Shown one piece after another: positions 12,710 to 25,987 of a stretch of 64,000 nt of DNA (the first letter of the stretch is position 1; each line of letters begins with the position of its first letter). The notes below the pieces were generated by a model that saw nothing but the letters and a program-made list of their open reading frames with translations, was not told the origin of the DNA and ran no database searches. Both the position numbers and the translations under genes were made by a program. Source of the stretch: Takakia lepidozioides (Eukaryota; Plantae; Bryophyta); the NCBI GenBank assembly GCA_030704615.1, contig CM060734.1, positions 42,160,001-42,224,000 of the forward strand, written 5' to 3'.

Positions 12710-14781
12710 AACCATTAGAACCATTCTACTGCATATATCAACAACAAACGTGAGGAGAAATTCGGCAGACATAACATGCTAGCAAACTCATTTCTCATTT
12801 TTGTATGGGCCCAGCACACACACTTTGCCAAATGGTACCGTTCATTACCTGGCCTGTACTCGTGACATTAGCACCAGCGTGCAGTCGAAATTTCCATTGG
12901 AAGCAGTCCTTACAGCTGAGCTCCATCCTGTGCTGGCCAGATCCTTGTTTTCTCATACAGTCTTGCAGTGAAAAATGTAAGACGAAAGATTATAACGACG
13001 GCTTTAAGTAAGTAAATAAGTGCGTATCACCCATGTGCACATCTGCCTTCTCCCACGTAGGCAGCTACGATCTTAGATTGAAGTGGAAGCTGATGCGCAC
13101 TGCACACCAATTATATCAGGAAAGAGCTAATTACTGTACTATTTTTGTTGATTCACAAAACTTGAAAGCTCACGTGCATAAGTTTTATGTTATGCATACA
13201 TATCAATATCCGCAACCAGGACTTGACGATGTAAGCGACGTCACGCCAGTCCCCTTAGTACCGACGATCGTTCATGCGTCCCCACGCTTGCGACTGTGAA
13301 GAAGTGTGGCCCTTCAACGTCAGTCATAGAGTAGACAATAGACCTCAATAGAATAAACTATCTCCGTCATCACACCACAAGCGAAGCGTACCCGACAGCT
13401 TGCACTACTCTGGAGCACTGATGTGGATTCGTTTCTAGATAATCTCAACGAAGCATATAGATCGAACTATCGTGTATCATCAATGCTCCAAGCACTGCGA
13501 AACTTTCTTCCTTCGAAAATGATTGAAACTGCTAATGATCCCATATCGTCCGATTTTAAACGGGTTTGGAAGGTTTCCGTCCTGGCTTGTATCTAAGTTA
13601 GTCCTCCTCGTCGGGTTTAGGTTTGTGCTTAGATACAAATGAACGTTTTCTTCATTCTTTTGTTCATATTTCTTTGAAAGAAGAGTGACACGAAACAGTT
13701 TCTGTATCTCTTGGAATTAATTTCGAGGTTGGACACTAGAATGGATTTATGATCTCCATGGACAGCGTCTTTGAGTTGTCAATGCAACACTGTTTGGAAA
13801 TCCACGACGTTACGAGTCAAGTTGCATCAGCTATTTGTGTGTCAATCGTTAAGGAGAATATGACAGATCTGATGAGGAATAGGAGCAACTGTGGATCGAG
13901 AATCTGGAGAAGCAGCACAAGCAGCTTGTCAACAAAATTTAAAGAATGAAGGGAGTGAAATGAGGGATCCAGCATGGAAAGAAAGAAAGACAGAAACAAC
14001 AGAGCGAATACGAGTGTTTTGGCACAGAGAATCGGTAACTCAATTCTAAAGAAAGAACTTCGGTGCTTTGTGTAGCGCTTGTTCGGGCGAGGGCGACGAA
14101 TATTATACTGCTTCTATGCGTATATATTTGTAAATGTTATGTTTATGTGAACAAATCGCCTTGTACAGAAGCAGTAGCTGAGAAATGCAGAACTGGAGAC
14201 GTCTCCTGAGGTTAGCTCTGATTATAAACGGGATCCAAGAGACACTCACACATAAACGTTAGTCTTTCTGGATTTTGGCCACTACGAAATCGGTAAGGTT
14301 TCTACCGCAATGCAATCTGTTTTCAATCAAGTGGGATCTGGAGTGATCTCGGAGACGACCAGGATACAATGAAGAACACCTCCGAGATCGACGGGGTCGC
14401 AGTACCAGTTTAGCACAATCACTCCCAAAGGTCGCATTCGTCGAGAGAATCGGCAAGCCCGTGCACCCATTTAACTATAATCTAGAATACGTTCTGTCGA
14501 CAGTGACGGAACATCAGTCCGAGTGCTATTGACAGAGTCCGGCAGAAGAAGTAACAGCGGGTAAGGAAACATCTTAAGGTTTCCAATACGTGTACAACGC
14601 GGTGACGTTTATGTAGCAAATACAAGAGTGGATTTGTTCTCTCCTTAGCAGAAATCCCATACCCTGGAATTGTCTCATCCTTCGTAACCTTTGACAGTGG
14701 CTATATGACTGGAGACTCCAGCCACGTTCTACGACAGATTTCCTCATCTCATGGAGACATGTATAAGAAGCTCGGCAGGAT

Positions 14782-17230
14782 TCATGGCCAGACCAACAAC
14801 CTGAAAAACTCCTTTATCACTATAACTGCATTAAGAGCAGCCACTACACCAAAAACCTCAAACTGGTTGGCACCAGTTTCGCCACCAGCCAAATCCAACA
14901 GTGCACGAATTCCAATGAAAGGAATGTTATTCTCTTTGCATACCTGCACCCAAAAAGTCAGTAATTTAAGTTGAAAGTCATTCCAGAAATCTTTGAAGGA
15001 CTCTTAGGTTGGTGCCCACAATGCACCTCCAGCTTCCTAACTTGCAGTAAGTGTGACCTATGTAGCTGACTTTGCACTGTGGAGAACTGTAACAGAGCAA
15101 GAAAGAACGACAAGAAACAAGATACTTGTAACCTCCAGACAAAGGAGGGTGGTAGGGTCAAGACAACACTACAGGCAACCTCCGTAGGAGAAATCAAACA
15201 GACACCAGAGTCGACACCAGAAATCAACCACTAGTTAGAGACTGGCTTACCAGAGCCACAGCTGCTGTTTCCATATCCACAATAGACACATTGTACTGGT
15301 AGTGCAAAAAATCTCGATATGCCGCATTGTCAAGAAATACATTTGATGAGGCTCCCCGAAGTCCACCCACCACCAACTTCGGTTTGACATCAAGACATAA
15401 GGTCGCATTCACACACGACTGCAGTTGCAAGTTCTGTACCCCTCGCACACAGCCCATTGAGATAATGAGTGAGACCATCTTTCAATTCTCTACAGACAGA
15501 ACCCAGGGGACAGATGACCAATCCCTTAGGAGTACTCACGTTGATACCAATATCGAGTGAGGGTTTTCCTACCTCAGATCATGCCATGTCAAGAAGAGGG
15601 GCTCACCAAAGCCCACAGAAACACATTCCGATCTCCAGTGAAAGAATGCTATTGACTTGGAACATGTCAACCCACTATTAGCCATGACTCTATACGGTCC
15701 ATCATAACCTGTTGTTGATTCTCTGCTTCAAAAGAGGACAGCGGTGCTCCAACATGATGTACTGACTTGGTAAGTCCTCTGGCTCAACATGGGGAAATGT
15801 GCTGTGCTTACCCAGATTTGTTGTCAGTATTTTCCACAAGCCACAGTTGATCACAAGGGAAAGAAAGGCTCCAGGGACATATCAAGGACATGGCTGACCA
15901 GTAATTTGGCTGCTGCAGATCTTTGTTTTGCATTAAGATGACCTAGCTACTGTTTTTCCTTGAACAGTCCTGGCATAGTCTTGTTGGTTACATAAAAAGC
16001 TTCCCAAGGAGCAGTCACCCCACCTCACATTTCTGGGCATCACAAAAGACTCAATCACAAGAGTTCCCTCCAGAAGGTTTATTGCTGCTAATTGCTTTTC
16101 AACATGGGCAATGCATTGCAAGCTGCAGAAGACTGGTCGAGGATATTAAAGCCGTCGAAAGACCTTTCTTGGACGGGAAGTCTAGGACAGCACCTCATCA
16201 GCTTCTAATGAAGGTGCCCGCTTGTTACGACCCAAAAAACACGAGTTCAGATGTATGCCATGAGCTCTCACCTCAAGCCGTTTGGAGACATTCAAGAAAC
16301 GGTCATCAACAGGCAGCCAAAATGCATGTTGCCGAACTTCTGGTACACTAGTCACTGGAAAGATCTCTTCAGGCTGAAGCCAAACATTGTTAAGCAGGTT
16401 AGTACTGTTCCCCTGCGGAGTGTTGTAGTTCCCGAAGTGCAAGTAACCATAATCTCGTGTAAAATCTCCAGATGACTCCCCTGAAAGTTGGCTGTGCACC
16501 CCATCACCAAATTTCTGCAAGAAAAGAAAGAGTGTAAGAGGATCAACTTTGCTTGTTAAAACGCTGTGCCCCTATAAGTGTACTACCAAATTTGGTCTAC
16601 GCCAGTTACCTGACAGAACAAAACCGAAAAGAAAACCGGGTGCATCCTTGATCTTGACTCGAACATTTCCAGAATTTTGTACAGATTTCAACAACTTTGT
16701 CCAATGTTTCTTATGGACCACCAGTGTCCTGAACATGGATACCAAACAAAGCAGCCTGTATACCGTTTCCCAACTGTTATCTTACAGTAGCATGGAAAAT
16801 GTCTATCAAATGTGTAGAGCACTCTTGTGAAGACTAAATCTCCCCACCTATGAGATTAAATTTGGAAGGATAGGAAGGAAATGTGTCTAAAAGAGAGAAA
16901 CTTTATAACGTCCATGGGGAGCTCAACAAACTTATTGACAAAGGAAAGAAGGATACAAGGAGAACAGTGGGGTCCAAACCAATTTCCAAGTTTCTTTTAG
17001 TAGGAGGCCTCAGCAGGAAAAAAATAAGAAACTTTGAATGTACTCATAAGAAGTTGCTTGCCGTACTCTTGTGGGCATAGACCCTGCGCCCAGTCTGGGT
17101 GGAACAAAAGGGACCAGAAACTACCTTTGTGGGCGGCTCAATCCGGTCGTGTGACTTACCTTGGTATGAACAGTTAGTTCGGGCTTTCCAGATAGCCTCT
17201 AGACAGCCCTTCTTCACACTAGCATCAATC

Positions 17231-17278
<48 letters not shown>

Positions 17279-18693
17279 CCTGCCAATTCCAGAGACCAGT
17301 GTGTGCCCAGTAAGCAGGAACTGTCGTGTCTCCAATGTGGAGGGAATTATTAAGATTGCCAGCAATTCCATGGAGAATAACCCCAGTTATATCAAAAAAA
17401 TCCAGCAGCTGCTGTGTTGTTATCCCTGCATTAAGCTTTTCAAATCAAATATTATTGTCAGCATCCTTCACTAAAACTTCTAAAGGGAACAGTACATGCA
17501 TCCAAGAAGTTCTTTCAGATCCAAAATCGTTAAAATGAGAGGTGCCAGCCAACGAGATTCCGTAGCAAGCTGACATGATTCGTTACAGTGTGCTACTGTT
17601 TGCAGTCCTTAACAAGGGGTTAGATAGCAACCAGTTCAACTGGAGAACCACCAAAAACATTCAAAGAAAGAAGCGGGAAAGACTCAATTGCAGAGGTGCA
17701 AGACATACCATTGAAAGTCCACACATCACAACAATCACCTTGTGACCCTGTATGCTACCAATGTGGAACCTCCGCCCTGCAACCACAGCATTGTGCAGAT
17801 TGTAAGGTCCAGTTAAATCTCAGGCTATTCAATCAGATGTCCTTGTCCTCAAGTAAGACGTTTGCAAGCAGGAATCTTGGCTTTTCTTCCATTAAGAAGT
17901 GCTCAGGCCACCATGAAGAACAGACTTCGACATCTGAGAGCACAAATAGTGCTGAAGGTTTCCAAAGCATCTAATCTTGTAACGCAGACAAGGTCACCGC
18001 CTCAAGCACGTCATCGTGCTTGAAAGGACAGATGCAGACCTCCTTAAACCAAGGGAATCAGTTAAACGTGTAGGAAAGCTTTGCTCTTTCCATTCGTATC
18101 CCTGCCAGTATTGCATGAGGTAGTGATAACCAAGGAGAAGCAGAAGTGACGAAACGTAAGAATAGTTCAGATCTCACCTACTATAATTAGACTAGTACCT
18201 TGAGGATCTGCGAGCAGCATTACTTACAATGCAGATATGTACTTGAGTTGCCCGTTTTCATGTAACATCTCCCATCTGGGTGCGATCGAGGTATATCTCT
18301 CTTTCACTGTATTTCTGTTTCTCTCTAGAAATGTCGCTATCTCCCACATCCTTTCTAGAGATAACACTACTCACTCACTGCAAACAGTAAAATTCTGTAA
18401 GAGCAGATCTCTATCATGAAGGAGGTCAGCTGAAGAAGGCGAAAGTTACCTGCAAGGTCGAGTGACGGAACATAGGGGTGTGGCTTGAAGACATTTGCAG
18501 AGGTGAGCGGAGAGAGTTCATAGGGATTAGGGACCACGAGTCCCAAGTATGGCCCTTCCTTATTCAACCTTTGTGATAGAATGAAGGCTGTCTTATTGGA
18601 TGGGAGAGCGTGCGCTGGCCTTCCCGTGAGCAACCAAGACAGGGTCGCCAATGCGAGCCATGATGAGACTCTACAAGTTCTAGAATCTTGCAT
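14782..18693 (-). CDS. Bark storage protein A-like / PNP_UDP_1 nucleoside phosphorylase-fold (MTA/SAH nucleosidase-like) secreted protein
   Basis: Six phase-consistent exons: 18693-18450, 17776-17709, 17435-17280, 16514-16272, 15433-15251, 14943-14782. Signal-peptide-like N-terminus. Motifs GPYLGLVVPN, GRRFHIG..GLSMLNAG, HGIAGN, WAHTGLWNWQ, FLDNAAYR, VDMETAAVALV, RALLDLAGG. Confidence 0.92.
17235..17271. repeat. (GA)n microsatellite in intron
   Basis: Direct inspection. Confidence 0.95.
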
Positions 18694-20329
18694 TTTAAAT
18701 CTCGTCTGAATGAAGACGAGATGGCAGGCCTCCGACCACCACCGGAGGAGCCGTGATCACTTTTCTTGCTGTTTGCTTCTTTCTGGCCTCTGAATCTGTT
18801 TCAGCATCTTTCTTCCTAGCGGCTTCTTTCCGTTTGACTTTTCATATAAGTCACGATCTGCAGCTCCAACATCTCGCCAAAAACGCACTCCTCTTTTTCC
18901 TCTGTGCGGACGAACACAATGCCATCTCATCAACCTCTGAATGTCTGATTCATCTACTCGATCACAGAAGGGAAGAGTAAAAGAAACCGTCTGCGATTCC
19001 AATCTCTCGAAGACCACTCAAGTATGAGCCAAAATATGAGAAAACGCAAACGGTGTAAGAAAAAAACTAGCTTTGTCTTCTCACCCTCAGCAATCCAGTC
19101 CAAAAAAGTGCAATGTACGATGAATACGTGAGCCCTCTCACTTCAAACACTCCAAGCCAGCACTGTAGGAAGCATGAAACATGACTGCGAGTGCAAATGC
19201 AGACATCTACTCCCCTTCCGCTTCAGCTTTCGATAACGCCGAGAGATAGGCAAAGAAAACCTTACACGATCGATTCCACATGCGCGACAGTCGCACCTCC
19301 CCAATCTTCTCGCACACCTCTCTCTCTACTGACACAGCCGGTCCCAGCATTCCCTTCTGAAACTGAAAAAAATAATGTTCCTTGAACTCTGAAGCTCTGC
19401 CGGGGGATCCCGCTGTTAACGGGCTCAGATTAAGCTTTGTGGACTATCTTCCTTACCTATATCCAAAATAGCTGAGGTTTAGCATCGCACAGGTCAAGAA
19501 AACTCCGTGCGCCATGGCAGCAAGCTGTACTAACGGCCCCACGCACCATTGGCCACACACACTTCCTTGGATTTCCACCTCTGTCGCCCGCATGTGCGAA
19601 CAAACAGAACGGCTCCGCTGCCAGACCGATCCGACAAACGGTCCACCACATTTTCTTTTTCCGCCATTTTGTTTTGCTTCCCTCCTCATCAACGAGAGTC
19701 CTCCATTCCTGATACCACCTTCGTCAGAATCTTTGGCGTCTCGGTCTGAGAGAGGAGTGAGTAAATGGAATGATTGACGGTATGGCAGGGGCCTGGCTGT
19801 GTTATGATAATTGGAGAGGGTTGGGTGAGGCTGTCTTTTGGCCATTATGACCCTCTCTACGCCCAACGCCGCATTATTATTGTGGTTTCAATTCCATCAA
19901 ATTGCTCATCCCACAAAGCCTGACACCCCCCCCACAAATACCCGCTCCTTTAATCCAGGAATCTGCACCCCTTGAATAGGAGTAACGACCACCATTATGG
20001 ATGGATGCACCGTCTGGATGATATCTCCATCTATGGATTCTCTTCATCTTTGTGATTCTTATCTTTAATAATAATTCTATATATTTCGGTTAAATATAAA
20101 AATAGTTCTTCCAATATATATAGTAAGAAGAATCAACCGCATTGCCGGCGGATGGTATGGAGGAAATTGTTTGGCTAACAGTGGAAGTTTTGTCAACAAG
20201 GACGGCGCACAACCAACAACAGCTATGCTTTCTAACAAAACCGCTGTCCTTAGTGTGAAAAGTAGAATAGAGCCTACTCAACTCTATTTGTGTTTTCACA
20301 TTTTGCGCTTGGCCTCAAAAATAGAAATG

Positions 20330-20550
20330 AGTTGAGCCCACTGGATAGATACCTAGTGCACATTGGGTGACCCAGTGGTCAAATCCTGCTACCGTGTCCT
20401 GTGCGGTAGGTCTCGCGGCCTTTTACGGGATTGTATCTCCTGTATGCTTTATGGCGTATATGATGAATAGGGGTTAATTTTTCCCTCTGTAAATAGTGAG
20501 CTGTCGCACAGTCGCTACCAGGTTTCCCTTTCTTAAATATATATATATAG
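20330..20550 (+). mobile_element. Degenerate tRNA-derived SINE copy
   Basis: B-box-like GGTCAAATCC. The 3' region (GGGGTTAAT..GTGAGCTGTCG..GGTTTCCCTTT, then (TA)n) is shared with the copies at 25125 and 51796. Confidence 0.5.
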
Positions 20551-20978
20551 AGAGAAAAGCCACATCCAAGATTGCAGTGGATGTGAAAAAGGCCACGTGG
20601 CAGAACGGGCGCCACAGCCGCAAACGTGGCCGCGCGTGTTAGGGCAAGTTGTAATGGGGTCGTTAGAGGGGGGTTGACTGGAGCCAATAATGTGCAGGTG
20701 CAGCAGCAGTAGTATATAATAGGGCCTCAGATGCTGCCTCAAATATCTTTCAGTTGCTGTTGCAGTGGCATCTTCTTGAGCATTTCTTGGGACCCGCTTT
20801 CCATACACTCTGCGCTGCAAGCGGCAATTGTTATCGGAAATTTGGAAAATAGCACGAGTGCTACTGAATTTCCAAAAAGATAGCACGAGTGGCTACTGAG
20901 TTTTGCAAGAAATAGCCATATATTCTGTTCATCCACTGTAGTTTGGAGAATCCTTAGCGATCCTGTAAAGCCTTTACA

Positions 20979-21628
20979 CCCTTAACGGCCAGTGCCATAG
21001 TTGGACTTTTTCAGAAAACATGACCCCTTAAGGGAAAAAAAGGTGTAACATTCAGAAAATTAACTTTTTAAAGAGCTTGACCGCACATTAGGTGCGTACC
21101 TTCCTCCTGCATCCACCTGCCGAATTTGAGGCCAATCATCCCCAGATCCACAAACTGCCACCGTTGAATGTGGGCCCCATTATTGGGGCCCTTTTGAGAA
21201 ACATATCCCTTTTTGGTATTTTTTTAAAGATTTGAGTGACGGGATCAAATGGGATTGAGGCGAAATTAGCATGGTTTCATCCTCTTGAGATCCCTCATCC
21301 AACAAGCCAAAAAGTATCCAATTTGGCCAATTCATGTGATGTTGCCACTTGGTCAACCTGGGAAAATCCCATGTTTCTCTCCCTCTCCCACACATATGTG
21401 AAGAATGAAACAACGAGAATTACCTTTATCAAATCGTGATCCCCCTGCTTGCGTGATGAGACCTCTTTGCAACTTGGCAGATCCGAGGCAATCGGGCAAT
21501 GAATCTTGGTGTGCCAGGCGCTCAAGAACACTATATTTTTTTTTCACACAATTCCATGGAGAATGCAAAAAGTTATTCAGATTTTCTTAAACCCAAAAGC
21601 CCCAAACGGGCTACTGGGCGTTTAAGGG
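20979..21628. mobile_element. Non-autonomous TIR element with piggyBac-like ends
   Basis: Left end CCCTTAACGGCCAGT; right end (reverse complement) CCCTTAAACGCCCAGT, flanked by TTAA (21629-21632). Similar ends at ~4801, ~27723 and ~58855. Confidence 0.5.
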
Positions 21629-21867
21629 TTAAACTTAAGTTGAGGTTTTCAAAATCCTGCTACCTTGTCGGGTGTGGTATGATCTTCTCTCCCTTCCCTT
21701 TGGGCAAAAGACCCCTTACTATGAAGGACCCCTTCTCTCTATTTGTCGGAGTCAAGTTGACGGATTGCAATTTCACCCTAAACATGGATTTGAATATTAT
21801 ATTGATTTATGTGACGCATCTCATTCCATCCATTTCAGGATCTTGGCAGTTTGTGTGGTCTCCTCTT

Positions 21868-22008
21868 GAGGGAGGAGCCAATAAACTTGATGAATTGTAT
21901 AGGGGAAGGGCAGCTGATGAGGCCCTTTCCACCGTATTGAAAGCGTGAACAAGGGAGGAGCCAATAAACTTGATGATTTGTGTAGGGGAAGGGCAGCTGA
22001 TGAAGGCC
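21868..22008. repeat. Tandem direct repeat, two ~57-bp copies
   Basis: AGGGAGGAGCCAATAAACTTGATGA.TTGT.TAGGGGAAGGGCAGCTGATGA at ~21869 and ~21952. Confidence 0.85.
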
Positions 22009-22058
22009 GTTGAATGCAAATCAAATACAAATCCATCGGCCATCCTCTAGTATATATA

Positions 22059-22543
22059 CCGTCCCTTATCGACCGTTTAGGCATTTTTGCGCCTAATAAT
22101 TATTAAAAACCAAACAGACTGCTTAGGCCCGTTTGAGTCTCAAACCATTTCTCACATTAGGCATCTCCATGCTATTAAGTTTTTTGAATTAGGCACATGA
22201 GAAGAGAATGATGAGAGGCGAGCAAATTTTGTAACCAATTTGTTTGCAGTGAATGATGATTTGGTGGATTTGATTTACATGGAGCTCTCGCAAATAGATT
22301 GGGATTTGTAGGAAGTTATTTTCGCACGCATATATTTGTATTGATTTTTGTTCAATGAAATTTTCATCTTATTACAAACAACATGAGAAGAGGCTTGAAA
22401 GTTTTTTGCTGGCATTTTTTGGCATTAGGCACTTTGGTCGCATAATTTCCGAGCAATTAGGCCAAAATTTTGAAAAATTCCCAAAATGCGTTAGGCACTT
22501 TGAATTTGAATTAATTATCACCTAAACGGTTGATAAGGGACGG
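22059..22543. mobile_element. Tc1/mariner-type MITE
   Basis: ~23-bp TIR CCGTCCCTTATC(G/A)ACCGTTTAGG at both ends, flanked by TA. Confidence 0.85.
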
Positions 22544-24646
22544 TATATACAAATTTCGGAAGGCCCTAGGTGTCTTATGCCCGACGTAAGGTGCGTCCTC
22601 CTGTCAGGATGAAAACTTCCTGTATGAGAAGGTAACTTAACGATTTTCACATAGGAAATTTCTAGGCGGTTTGTTACGTTTCCCAAACCCAATACTCTAA
22701 CAACTTAATGTGGAGAATATAATTAATATAACCAACCTGAAATTACAAAAATCTAGGGGAGGACTGCACGACTGCACTACAAACAAAAAGTCTACTAAGC
22801 AATGGCCATATCTCAGTCTTACGGCTGAAAATAGACAATTGAGTAATGTGTAGCTTCACGCTTGTGGTTGGTGGTGGACCACACCACCGCCATAGCACAT
22901 TCTAGGGATTGGGCCTGCAGCAAATTAACAGTGGCTGCCCATTCTGGACTTGACTTCCGGAGCACTACAAAGGAGCCACAAGCAAAACAACGAGGAAATT
23001 TCTGAAACTGGTGGGGAGGTGGGATGGTTACACATAGGAGAATGCCCGGAGTGGAGGGGATTCCTGGATTTTGAGCGGCCTGAAGCCCGAGGGGCAGCCC
23101 CAAAAATCCAGAATGCCCGACAAGAGAGGCATTTCCCTGCGTAAAGACCAAACCTAATTTTTATCCCAAGGCGAGTATTAAGCCGTTATGTCGCCTCATC
23201 CCTCGAAAGGAAACAATGCATGACATACACTTAGGCCCTGCCATTTACATAGATAATACATAAATTTTTAATTTATATATTACATCTGGCTGGTTTAAGC
23301 AATAAGATTTGTAAGAACGTGAATGATGGGATATTTGTTATTGGCTCTGTCCCGCAAGGGATAGAGGCATTGTGGAGACATCTTGGCGAGGCGGAGAAGT
23401 AGGCTTATCCATTAAGCCTAGTCTATGGAGGGTTAATGGGCATGATTCATGAAGTCGTGGAAAAGTATAAAACAACAACCCCAAAATCACCCAAAGAAAG
23501 AGCAATGACAGAGCCTCTTGTAGCCGCTGGTTTATCATAATTTTTTTTAAACTCTCTGTAAATTTTTAGTTTTTTGGAGTCATATTTTAGAATTTTTTGG
23601 TTTTTTATAAAAATTTCTCGATCTATAGTCGATCCTGGATAATTGTTATGTCTATAGAGCACAAAAAGTATAACATTTATGTAGATATATCAGATAACAG
23701 AAATAGAGATCAAAATCCAGCACATAACATTTTGAGAAGAAAGCAATACAACAGGTCAAAACCATCAAAAATAACAGTTGGAAAGGTTTAGGGTTTAGTA
23801 CATACAGCCTTCACTGCATATAATATTTCTTCAATCAAACAGAATACAATACTTATTCATTAGAGGGTTGAAAATATACGTGGATGAATGATAAGAGTGG
23901 ATGAATGTTTTATCAAACCAACTATATTAAGCCTCGGCATAAGATCTAACAACTATGGAGGTGTGCTAACAAAAGCCATATTTTTCATAACACATATTAA
24001 ATAACGCTCTTATGTCATTTTCAAGTGTAAATTTTTACAGAGCAAAGATTTCAAAACATTAAGGGTGACATAACAAAAAAGCAGGTACCACTTATCCAAG
24101 ATCGACTGGATTGGGTTTTCACAATTTGTTTTGTAACAAATATAAATGTCGAATAATTTGTTTCAAAGACAATTTTTTAATGAGTATGAGAGCATAAAAA
24201 TATATTGCCAAATTGTTTTTGGAAAAATGGAATTTTTTGGTTTAATATGAAATAATTCTTTGTTAAGCAATAAAAACGTTTGGTATATACAAAATCATGC
24301 ATATTTGTTGTGAAAATATTTATTTCAATATCAGCGTTAGATTATGAGGTCAATGCTAGTATATTTGTTTTCACATTCATGCTCGCTTTAGTGGTATCAA
24401 ATTTTGGTGTTGTCAAATCGTTTGCACAAATTTTCGTCTATTTCCTCTTTAGAATACATAAATGTCGAAGTATTTACTACTTGCACATGAATTAAGATCA
24501 AATGTGGATTCATATTTCCAAATATTTGAGCTATTATAACTAGCGTAGTTTTAACTTTTGTCAGGGTTGTGTTTCACAAATCTTGAGTAATATTTTATCA
24601 AATTCACCGTCAATCAAAATCTTTGAGGTTTAGATTTATCGAACGT

Positions 24647-24721
24647 GGGACACCTCTCCGTGTGATCAAGAATCTTCGAGTGTGTGGTGACTGCCACACC
24701 GCCACCAAGTTCATCTCAAAG
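24647..24721 (+). pseudogene. Isolated DYW deaminase-domain fragment
   Basis: Translates as GTPLRVIKNLRVCGDCHTATKFISK, the canonical DYW CxxCH segment. No flanking PPR sequence. Confidence 0.85.
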
Positions 24722-24773
24722 TTTTATGTTTGATGATTTTAGTTGGTTTGGTTATTGAATTGGATGTATAATC

Positions 24774-25832
24774 CAGTGTTGTGCGGGTATATTGATTTCA
24801 ATATACCCTTAGGGTATAAGTAAATTATTTTTGTCAAACCATTTACCCTCCGGGTATGGATAAATTAACTTTTCAGATTTCTATATACCCCCCGGGTATG
24901 GATATATATGCCAAAATATACCCTGAGGGTATGAATAGTTTCCGGGTATGGATAGTTATTTCAATTAATATATAATTTAATGGTTTTAAAGAATATATGA
25001 TGTTCTTCAATATGTACAAAACACAAAAAAAACAATCTACGAGAAAATTGATAAGATATTGCATAATGTTTTGGTGTTAATTTCCAATGCAAGATGGACG
25101 AGGTTTGAGATTTTTTTTTAAACGCATCGGCTGGTACCTCAGCTGGTAAGTGCAGTGTGTGTCGCTCTGGTGGTTCAGGGTGCGAACCCGCTACCCTATC
25201 CCGTGTGTGGGATTGTTCGTGAGGGTATGTCTGGGCGTTGATCGTCTTGTAGGTCTCATGGCCCATAAATGAAAGGGGGTTAATCTTTCCCCCTCCTCAA
25301 AGGGCCTGAATTGTGGGCTGTCGCTCCAAGGTTTCTTTATTATTAAATTTTTTTAAAAAAAATCCCCCCTCAAGAACCTAAATTGTGGGCTGTCAGGTTT
25401 CCTTTTATATATATATATATACAGGCGAGATATGAAGAGGTATTGTTTGGGTTATATGACATTTTAGGAATGATATATATGTAGCATCTGTTTTGGCTGT
25501 GATTGGAGCTTTCTTGTAGCTCAAGGCTCCCTACCGACACAACAAACGGAGAAAAGACCTAGCACATAAAGGCTATGAAGGCACATAAAGGCCCTTATAT
25601 ACCCTGATTAGATATACCCTTCATTTTAACATATACCCTTCAAAAAAGTAGGGTATATTGAGCGTCTTGATGCAGGGTAAATATAAGGATAAGGGTATAT
25701 CATAAAAATATACCCTGATATAAGGGTATACATCCAGGTACCTAAACTTGCCACACCAGGGTATATATATATCAATATACCCTGATATACCCGCCGGGTA
25801 TATCAGGGTATTCATTTACCCGCCCAACATTG
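24774..25832. mobile_element. Non-autonomous hAT element with a nested SINE
   Basis: TIRs CAGTGTTGTGCGGGTA / CAATGTTGGGCGGGTA. Perfect 8-bp TSD GTATAATC (24766-24773 and 25833-25840). Subterminal ATACCC/GGGTAT arrays. Confidence 0.9.
25125..25421 (+). mobile_element. tRNA-derived SINE copy
   Basis: A-box-like TACCTCAGCTGGTA and B-box-like GGTGCGAACCC. The family 3' motif TTGTGGGCTGTC..GGTTTC is present twice, followed by a (TA)n tail. Confidence 0.6.
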
Positions 25833-25987
25833 GTATAATCATCGATATGTACAATGGGTTCTTTATGTATAATTTCAGATTGGTTTTGTATATGAGATTG
25901 CCTTGTTATGAAATACAAGACTATGGGCTCGAAAATGACCTGATGTTGATCCAGCGCTATAAGCAACTCCCAAGTGCAAACTGCAAT

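Noticed and set aside
19191-23800. Numerous 60-150 aa ORFs
   Set aside because: No recognisable motifs or splice structure; they overlap repeats and intergenic DNA.
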